From Hormiphora californensis (taxonomy: Eukaryota; Animalia; Ctenophora), in the NCBI GenBank assembly GCA_020137815.1, contig CM035352.1:2790001-2854000 (forward strand): a DNA stretch of 64,000 nucleotides. The letters run 5' to 3'. The translations under genes and the position numbers were made by a program. Positions 25,901 through 36,555 of this stretch are shown one piece after another. The notes under the pieces were generated by a model that saw only the letters and a program-made list of their open reading frames with translations, was not told the DNA's origin and did not search any database. Numbering within the stretch: position 1 is the stretch's first letter; every line of letters begins with the position of its first letter.

Positions 25901-28046
25901 GTAAATGGGAGGTAGGGAAGCTGAGAGATGGAGTAAATGGGAGGTAGGGTAGCTGAGAGATGGAGTAAATGGGAGGTAGGGTAGCTGAGAGATGGAGTAG
26001 ATGAGGAGTAGGGTAGCGGAGAGATGGACTAGATTAGGGGTAGGGTAGCTGAAAGATGGAGTTGATGAGGGCTAGGGAAGCATAGAGATGGAAACGATTA
26101 TGGATAGGGATTCCCTACCCCTAATCGTTTCCATCTCTATGCTTCCCTAATAGGGAAGCTGAGAGATGGAGTAGATGAGGAGTAGGGTAGCTGAGAGATG
26201 GACTAGATAAGGGGTAGGGTAGCTGAAAGATGGAGTAGATGAGGGGTAGGGTAGCTGAAAGATGGAGTAGATGAGGGGTAGGGTAGCTGAGAGATCGAGT
26301 TGATGAGGGGTAGGATAGCTGAGAGATGGAGTAGATCAAGATCAAGAAATATTTGATTCGGCACCGACCCTCTCTCTACTCCTCGATGTTTCCCGCCATG
26401 TTCTGCAGCTGCTGTGTGAGAGTTGAACGCGAGCGCGTCAATAACATGACACGACATGCAACACGACATGCAACACGACATGCGAGATGCGAATTTCATT
26501 ATTTTGAAGTTTTGTGGGGTTGCGATTTTTGTTTTAGGTCGGAGAGTGAAACGGCCGGTACAGTGGTAAACTAGATTAAAAACTGTACGCCTCGTTAGAC
26601 GGCGATTTTTCCTATCTTGTCTGGTTCCTGAGATATGGCCCCCTAAAGAGTTGGTGTCTCAAACTGCTGAATCGGGGTCACGCGAGGAAAATGGGCATCA
26701 GTTTGCGTGTACTGCTCCGTTTTTCACGGGACTTGAACGAGGGTGACGGCAAGAGTCTCACCTATTACATGGTATCCTTACATTGTGTATTAAATCTAAA
26801 ATGACTGAGCAGCATGCTTGTTAATGAACCTTGACGTGTTTGCTTGTCTCGCAAGCGCGCTCGCGACTAGCAAACACGACATGCAGTTCACACCCTGTAA
26901 AAACCGACTGTGATTCCTGCTATTCTTACCTCATTGTTATTGAGATGTGTTACAGCTGCCCTATAGTCCTGGTCATCCATGTAGCTATCTAGTGTTGCAT
27001 TACTAGACTCTGTGAAGTTACTAAGGGCTGTAGTGTTGTACACTATGTGTCGGAGTATTGCAACGTTAGATGCCCCAATACAAGATGAGAACTGCACTGA
27101 TGCTAGGGTGTGACTGGTATTTGATAGAGTCCAGTTGGAATCGTGCTTAGACAGAACCCATTCCGTATCCTGCAAAACATTGGTTGATAAGTTTTAGTGC
27201 GGTCGTAGGACGTAGAAATTCGAATACTCAGACAGGGGAACCTCATGGATCTCACCCGCATCCGGGGGACGGCTTCCAAAAATGTTATAACAGTGTGTAC
27301 CTGATCTGGGTAGTAAGGTACTTCCACTCCCTCACAATCTAACCCAGTTACTGTAACTGTGGAGTTAGTAACACGCTGGAACTCCACATGAAGTTGTATT
27401 CTCCTAGTTGTCATGGGAGTTAGTGTTATAGTTTCACCGAGGTTCATGGGCTGTAGCTTGAAGTGGAGGGGGAAGTCCTCTAGATTGTACGGTACATAGG
27501 TGGAGAGTTCGGGCGTTATCCAACCTACAAAGGAGGCTTTGTTAACGATGGTAACGATGTCACCGCAAAGGAGATGGAGATGATAGAAACGTATATCTGA
27601 GTCTACAGTGATCAGACATCTCTAAAATAGGGTGCTCACCAATGTATTCTGCGGTAGTGATCAACAGCAAGGAGAACAGGAGTGGTGGTAGCAACATACC
27701 TCCTCCACCTCCTTATAAGGGGGCGTCCTACCGGGGGAATACTACTGCTGCCTATAGTATATAGGGATCGATAGATTAAATTGGAAAGTGCAAGTAAGAG
27801 ACTAATATAATGGGGGATTGAAAGAGAAAGAAGAACTAACGGAAGAGAGAAGCAGCAAAGCATAAGTTCGCAGGCTCCGGAGGTAGGATAATGCTTAAAT
27901 TGCAGAGATAGCTACAGAGAAATAAAGAAATAAAAAGAGAGAGGGAGGTTGTTATAAGACGCTCAAATACGTATGAGACCTAACTAGGATTCACGGTTTC
28001 TATAGCAATGTTGTACTATACAGTGAGAATTTTGACCATAGTGGTT

Positions 28047-28120
<74 letters not shown>

Positions 28121-31100
28121 TTTTTTTCCGAATATATGTCTTCCGGTTCTCTATTTCTACTTTTCAGTGGTGGGTTGAAGTTTATTGTGACGTGCAGTGT
28201 ATTGCAAAAAGAGAGCTAATAACTTCCTGATACCAAGGGATGCAAATCGCTGATCAGGAAATAGAAAGTAGGATGGTACGAACACCCTAAGATTAGGGCT
28301 GGTTTCGGCCCTGACCGGTAAAAAATTGTAGCAAGCTAATTCCTTCATGGTTTTCATCGTTCATTCCGGGTGATCCTCTAAGGGAAGGATACACAAACAA
28401 AATATTCAGAGGGCATAATAGCAGACATATAGGATACATAATTATAGGTAGCAGACATTATAGGATATATTGGGAACAATAGTTTCAATTGTTTGGGTTA
28501 CTTGATGCTAATGGGTCATGCAGGGGTCATCATGCGCTGGCGTCACACACACCCCCACAAATATTAGCATATAAAGTGAGAGGAGACCCAAAACTGCAGC
28601 ACAAAAGAGTTATAACAACCACCAAGCTCATTGGACATGTGTAATGCTGAATACAATGCTGAACTAATGCATGTACAATTTAGTGTGAAAAGAGGCTGAA
28701 TTAGAACTGCACGTGCACTCTTTATACAGCTGCATTGTCTTGACCAGACCCGAGAGTAGTTCAATCATTCTGCACCATATATCCTTTATCCATAATTCAT
28801 CAGTGGGACATGGTGAATAGACCAAGTAAAATGGAGTAGCAAAAAGCGGAAAGTTTTTAAAATAGAGAAGGCAGAAGTCGAAAGTGAAGGGACTGAATCA
28901 GGAGCAAAATCTGGGTGGCTGGTATTCAAAAAGTAAGGTACACGATGAACTACTTCATAAAATGCAGCTTAACAGATTGTTAAGGCCAGAGGGGGGGGTC
29001 CGAGGGTTTAAAAAGTCACTTTCGGCCTCTGGTCCGGCTCGAAGAGCCGGACCAGATGGTATGCTCAGAATGGATTTTGCGCGCACTGTTTCGAAGAAAA
29101 ATGAGGTTAACTTTTGTCCAAAATCTAATGTTAACCTCATTTATCCATGAACCACAATAGCTACAAAGCTAAATTTAACACTGAATGAAAGATCTAGTTA
29201 CAAGGTCAGCTCAAACGAAGTTTCAGACCTCTACACCTAATGGTTGGAAAGAAATCTGAGGTTAACTTGATCCTCAAAAACTATGTTTTTCTTGAATATC
29301 TCGGATGAAATTTGGGCCAGTCTTGTCCCTTTCATTTGACAACCACTCATCCGTTAACCTCAGAACTTGGCAGGGATGTTCCTTGGATGGTCCTCTACAA
29401 AAGTGATGTAGCGATTTTTGATATCTGCCCCCGTTCAAAAATTATGAGGTTAACAATAGAGCCCGGTCGGCTAAAAATGCACTGTTAACCTCATAATTTT
29501 TGAACGGGGGCCGATATCAAAAATCGCTACATCACTTTTGTAGAGGACCATCCAAGGAACATCCCTGCCAAGTTCTGAGGTTAACGGATGAGTGGTTGTC
29601 AAATGAAAGGGACAAGACTGGCCCAAATTTCATCCGAGATATTCAAGAAAAACATAGTTTTTGAGGATCAAGTTAACCTCAGATTTCTTTCCAACCATTA
29701 GGTGTAGAGGTCTGAAACTTCGTTTGAGCTGACCTTGTAACTAGATCTTTCATTCAGTGTTAAATTTAGCTTTGTAGCTATTGTGGTTCATGGATAAATG
29801 AGGTTAACATTAGATTTTGGACAAAAGTTAACCTCATTTTTCTTCGAAACAGTGCGCGCAAAATCCATTCTGAGCATACCATCTGGTCCGGCTCTTCGAG
29901 CCGGACCAGAGGCCGAAAGTGACTTTTTAAACCCTCGGACCCCCCCTCTGGCCTTAAAGTGTAGTTATAACATATGATGACATAGGTAACAGAACCTGGC
30001 ATCTAGCTGCAACCTTCTCTAAACTTCTACCTTACTTTATATTTTTCTGTTCTGTCAATTTATTGTAAAGTCATCTGCTAAATTGTCAATTAATATAATA
30101 TTATCTTAATTAAAAGATGCAAATGAGTGGCGTGATGGTGATGATGTCCTATCCACACGTGCAAATAGTGGGGGGTTGTCAAGGAGGTGGCTTGGGAGGG
30201 GTATTGGAGGTGGGATACTGCACGTGCATGTTGTTTGTTGTTTATTGCGTGTTCCTGTGGCTGTTGTTGTTGGTGTTTTGGGATCTACTGCTGGGACCTC
30301 CATGATTGCCAAAGCCTTTCTACCTACGTACCCCGTTGATTCTCTACACAGCTACAATTCTACGGATCTTTATCACCTGATTCTACATGTTATTCAGCGG
30401 GATTTCCCTTGATGTTTATCACCATGGCGCTCTACCACTCTACCAACCTCCGTATTCTTTACCCCGACATGGAGAGACGAAGAGTAAGAGGGGGGGGGGG
30501 ACATAGAGTCGGGGGGGGGGGGGGGGGGGGGGGTGTTGTAGGACTTAACAATGGGCTTTCTAGTTAAAGCAAATAGGGAAATCCCATGTCCCGTTTTTTT
30601 ACCAAATATGGCATTTTGCACGTGCAGGTTTAGGGGTGGAGTACTATAGCTGGAGTTGGGCCAGGGGTGGGAGCCGTTGCCAAGGATTGTTACTAATGTA
30701 CTGCAGCTGCACGTGCAGCTGTTCTTGCGTTGTTTTTGTGTCACTGTTCCAGCTATTTATGCTCTCTTCAACAACCGTTGATATACGATTACGAAAGCGA
30801 CAATTGGAGATCTCACCGCCATTCTCTATTTTTCCATACACTGAGGGGTTTAAATACAGCAACACCAAGAGAACTGAGAAGTGCAGAGATAATGAAAAAG
30901 ACGTTGGAGGTTAGACAGAACCGGTGATCAATCCCAGATGAATAATGCAAACAGATGAAACGCGAGGAGTTCTAAAACTCGCAGCGATCCCGCCTGAGCT
31001 CCTTTTACGGTACGGTGCATGTCAACAGTTCGACTGGTGATGTCAGTGTTCCCTAATCCAGCTACCATTTCCCAGAAATTCGCCCGTAGGGCGAACGGGT

Positions 31101-32698
31101 TTACTAGTTAATATAATATATCAATAGCCCAGTTGGAAAATTTTATTCGAAGTTACTGGCAAGTTTCTTTGCATGACGTTCAAATCGAGGACCTAATCAC
31201 TAATCATTATGAAAACTGAAAACTAGATTTATCTTGCTATCATGACATGTATAATGTTCTGCACAGTGCACACACACACACATTTATTTTAATGACCCAT
31301 AAGGTGACACACCGTTAAGCTCCCTCTTGCTCTCTAAGACGAGGAAACAATAACATTATTTCTCCTATTGATCATCCTCCACTAGGCATATATTATAGCC
31401 ACCTGCACCCCAGCTGCAGCCCTTTTTAACACTCCCCATTCCCCACTAGGTACCCAGTTATTGGAGATATACGCTCTGGAAATTCAGATGTATACAGAAC
31501 AGAAGAACAATAAGAAGCTGAAGATGCTTTACGAGGCATCCCTGTCCGTTAAAAGTGCCATCCCCCATCCTCTTATCATGGGTGTTATCAGGTGAGTGCA
31601 GTCGTGATCAAATACTACTACTAGAACAGAGTGGTTGTGGTCGAAGAGTGGTTGGAACTTGGAAGAACAATTAGGCTACCATGCTTCAATCCAGCATAAT
31701 CCTTCGTGTATCCCGGGAAGGGAATGAACGGTGCTGTAGCTAGAACTTTTTGTGAAAATACCAAGAATCAAGTAAAGATGTAACATGACGTCGTGTCAAT
31801 GCTAGAAATTAGAGATACTATCACAAGCTGCACTGTATCAGGGCTAGTATCAGAACTATATCACTGGGCCATTATTTAATTATAATTAGTGACGACTGAT
31901 CACACATGTGTCATATTGGGATGAGAGCTAGATAGAGGAGGAGGAGGACTGCAGAGCTATGTAGCTACAGACTAGCGCACACACAGATCTTATACAATAT
32001 TGGAGATGAGATTCTTTTTGTTTCAATTTTAATCTCCAGACCATCTCTCACAGCTAGCTGTGTCTATGGAGGTGTGTACAGATCGAACACAAAGACATGA
32101 TATATTTATACGAGCTGGCCCTATTCACAAGTTATGCTAATTGCAAGCAAATGTGACATCAGTATACAGAAGACGATAGTACAGAGAGCGAGAGAGGAGA
32201 GGGAGGTAGAGAGGGAGGGAGAGAGTATCTCTCAGAGAGGGAGAGAGCCATGTAGATGGTTTTCTTGTACCATTATAAGGTGCCAATATAAGGTGCCAAT
32301 ATAAGGTGCCAATATAAGGTTTTAGCTTTGTCCACATTGGAAGACACTAATATATATATGTCCCTTCTCCCTCTCCCATGTACAATACAAGCTCCCTACT
32401 ATCCAATATTATTAATTCTACATTACATAACACCATTATGTTCCTGTAAAGCAGGTAGCTCATCTGTTTATTGATTCATTGAAAGAACGACAAGTTAGGT
32501 TAGTTTCATAAACGATACATTAGAATTTGAGCTTTTCGGGCTATATACAGATTGCAAGTCGCAAGAGGTATATACAAAGACAGGCGTACCGTGAAGCGTA
32601 CACACATGACACACAAGATCAGAACAGACGTAAACTCATGAGGGTTTTAGGTAAAGCAAATTGTCTCTATTGTCCTTCTTTCTCACACAGTCTGTTTT

Positions 32699-32748
<50 letters not shown>

Positions 32749-32816
32749 TCTCGCTCTCTCTCTATCTCTCTCTTTCTATCTCTATCTCTCTATCTCTCTC
32801 TATCTCTCTCTCTATA

Positions 32817-32895
<79 letters not shown>

Positions 32896-35800
32896 GTGAC
32901 GAATGCTGCTGAAACACACTCGCCATCAGACTGGTCAGGTAATCGATCCTGCAGTCCCCATGTTGGCACGGCGCACAGCCACTTCCTCGGTTACTTCCAA
33001 AAGTGGTAGCTGACATAGCCCTGGCAGTGGTTGTGCTGGTGGTGGTAGTTCGTTTGTTGCAGAGACGAGATACAGCACGTAGTAGAGAGTGTTTCTCCAG
33101 TTGTAACATGTTAATCTCACTCAACGTCTCCTGTGGGAGGGAGGGGATGATATTTTCTAACGGGAGACCGAGAGAGAGGGTCGAACAATGGGTTAGTGAT
33201 TGAACCAGGTTTATCCTACTATGGGGTATCATGGCAGTAATGGGTTCATGTTCTGGGCTAGGAGAGATAGTTTTCTGGGGGGGGGGGGGGGGTAGAGCCT
33301 TTAATACATACCTGCAGTTGTGACTCCAGTTTTCTGACGTGGTAGTGAGATAGGGAGTGACAGAGGTTCTCCAACATCAGATTACACCCACACTCGGCAG
33401 CTGAGTGGTCGGTTACTGCCTTGATGTGTTGAACATGGGCCTCCAGTAGCTGTCTTATCACTCTCACCTAGTGGACGAGGGACGTTATAGGCAGGGGAGC
33501 TGTATGGGAGGGGAAAGGTGTTGTAGCCTGTAGGGGAGCTAGAGGGAAATGGGTGTTGTATGGGAGGGGTGTTGTAGCCTGTAGGGGAGCTAGAGGGAAA
33601 TGGGTGTTGTATGGGAGGGGTGTTGTAGCCTGTAGGGGAGCTAGAGGGAGGGGTATTCAATGTTCAAATTAGAGGGAGGGGTGTTCAATGTTCACATTAG
33701 AGGGAGGGGTGTTCAATGTTCACATTAGAGGGAGGGGTGTTCAATGTTCACATTAGAGGGAGGGGTGTTCAATGTTCACATTAGAGGGAGGGGTGTTCAA
33801 TGTTCACATTAGAGGGAGGGGTGTTCAATGTTCACATTAGAGGGAGGGGTGTTCAATGTTCACATTAGAGGGAGGGGTGTTCAATGTTCACATTAGAGGG
33901 AGGGGTGTTCAATGTTCATATTAGAGGGCCAGGGGTGTGGCCTGTGGGGAAGAATGATTTATACTCCCTTTCTTCCTGGTATCTACTGTCACTGTCCCTC
34001 CTTACCTCTTGTGTGACATGTCCCAGTTGCTTGCTCGCCTCACTCAGTACTTGCGGGGTATCTGTATTGTGGGCCATTACTGCAATCGCCTGGGCTTTCT
34101 TCTTCAACTCTGCCGGTTCACTGTGAATCACTACCTTGCCTGAACGGAGGTGGGCTAGAACCGGGGTTAGCTAGTACTGATGATAAAAGAAAGCGCAAGT
34201 TTTTACGAAAAACAAATGTTTCACTGGTTATATGATCGTGTGAACTGAGAACTCGTGTGTGATTGTGCCAGGTCGATGAGTGCAACACACACACAGCTCT
34301 ACATACCTCCCTTTAGAGGGCAGTGAGGTGGGCAGATCTCCATCTTCAGAACAGCCTCTAGTTTGGCTTGTAGCTGATCCTTCCCATCTGCCTTACTGAA
34401 CCGCACCTTCTTTCTCTCCAGCTCTCTCCTTAGAGCGGGGATAGACAACTTCTTGAGCAGTTCCAGGCTGGTCTCCGCACTCAAACCACCGGGGATCTAC
34501 GGGGAGGATGGGGTGATATCAAACATAAAGTGGTAAATGAACACTAACGGATTATAGTTTTCCAAATTATTATCAACCTGTGTGGGTTTCCCTTGTGTGA
34601 GGTTGGGTGTAATGTACTGGTATCGGAAACGCTTTGAAACCCGGCGAGTAAACACACGAGACTTGATAATAGCAGGATTCTTGGAAGATTTAGTAGCAAC
34701 AACCATGATTAAAAAAAGGAAATACTGATTGCTAAAATGGAGAATTGTTGTTGCTTTTGTAGCAGTGAGAGAGTGAAACACAAGATGGCATGCAGCTAAT
34801 GAAGTGATCCTTATGACTGTATGCGCTCTTCTGTTACAGTCTCTGTAACATGTCTCAAATAGGAGCTGGGGCTGTGGGCTAATTAGGAGATCAGGCTAAT
34901 CAATATCTGATATAATCCCACCTGTCTACAACAATATATCTGGTATAATCCCACACCTGTTCAATAATAACCTGGTAATATACCTGTTCAGTCTGTACAC
35001 CGAGTGTTTGGGTGCCAGGTTTCTCTCCCACAACACATTCCACCTTCAAATCTCCAACATCAATTATCAATGGTGATGTCATACCTTCCTCTCCGTCTTC
35101 TGAAAATGGGTGGTTTTGTTACAGATATATAACCTGGATAGTCTCTCTGTATGGGTAACAAGAGAAGAGGGTCGAGGGTGCTATATACTATATAATATGG
35201 GCTACGTAAAATGATGTAGTTGGAGAGATGAGTGAGGTTTAAAGTCGGATTTTTTGAAACTGTCACCCCCCTAGAGTTTTCAAATTTCTTTAAATGACCA
35301 TAAATCCGGTTTCTGATGAGATAGAGACTTGCAATTTGGAAGTTACGAAGATCTTGCTAAGTTCTTCCGAACCTCCAAATTTCAAGTCTCTATCTTATCA
35401 GGAACTGGAGATATGACAAATTTTGTTATTTCAGGGGGGTGACAGTTTCAAAAAATCCGAGTTTAGTACTTTTCATGAGACCTTAAAACTTTGATTTTGT
35501 ATACATTGTCCTCTCAGGTTCGTTCCCCCAGAAGTAACGTCCTGTTTCTTACCTCCTTCTCTACTTCCATTGATCTCAGCAGCTGTCTCCCCTGCAGGGT
35601 GTACCCCGGGAGGGTTCATCATCCTACTAGGGGACCTCAACAACCCACCACCACCCGACCCAACACTACTTCTCATCATTGCTTCCTCTGCCGCATCCAG
35701 TTCTGCATCATCAAAGAAATCCTCGAAATCCTCCCCAGTTTCAGGGGGGAGATCTAACCGTTTGGGAGGTTCAGGGGGAGGTGGTGGTCTAGTAGTCCAA

Positions 35801-36475
35801 CTTCTCTTACAGGAGTCAGCCTTCCTCTCCTTGCATAACTTCATGTTTCCCTCGTCTAGAGATCGCTGCTTGTTAAACTTGACCCCTAACCTACTTCTCG
35901 GCCTTGGTATATTGGACCGATCAGGTCTCATGTCGTTCTCCTCTACAATCGTGTTTGGTCTCCTGGCTGGTGATGGGGTGCTATTGCCATAGTACCCGAA
36001 ACTCTTGCTCCTCCAGGTGTTCCGTTTGAAATGATGGTCTCCCATCCCAGCTGCTGTTGATCCTCCTCCTGATCTGTATCTGGATATGAGGGCTGCTAAC
36101 TCCTCCAGAGCTGTATGTTACTTGTTATGTTCTAACCCTCCGGGGCGCGGAGAGAGAGAGGGTGTCGAACAAGGCAAGTGTAGATTACAACAAGGTGAAC
36201 AGCACTAATATTATATACGGTATATAATATCTAGCAAAAGGAGGAGGAGGGAGTAGTATGAGCTCTCCAGGAGTGGCTTATAGACTCTATCTATCCGCAC
36301 ACACACATACAACCACTCACTCTCCAATAGAGTCTGCACTTGGTTGTCATAGCAACCCGACCATCAGCGGCCAGCAGCGCAGATAGGAGCGGAAGTGAAC
36401 GTGAGTGCTTAATTTAGGAGAGAGAGAGAGATAGAGAGGGAGAGGGAAAGAGAGAGAGAGAGATAGAGAGGGAGA

Positions 36476-36555
<80 letters not shown>

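Noticed and set aside
23310-26335. 32-bp repeat array resembling a CRISPR array; ORFs at 23067-23438, 25141-25584 and 26121-26574
   Set aside because: The units are head-to-tail with no unique spacers, there are no cas genes and the context is eukaryotic. The ORFs are mirror-image translations of the inverted arms and minisatellite.
28884-30002. ORFs of 61-88 aa on both strands
   Set aside because: They are translations of the two arms of the palindromic element, with no transposase motifs.
30106-30927. Cluster of overlapping short ORFs in COPS2 intron 5
   Set aside because: No recognisable domain or consistent splice-phase chain; low-complexity sequence and poly-G runs. A non-coding or small gene cannot be excluded.
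32527-33009. SLSLSL and RERERE ORFs (also at 28045, 41159-41604 and 48296-48764)
   Set aside because: Translations of CT/GA microsatellites.
33655-33928. 28-bp repeat array as a possible CRISPR or regulatory array
   Set aside because: Identical contiguous units with no spacers; an ordinary intronic minisatellite.
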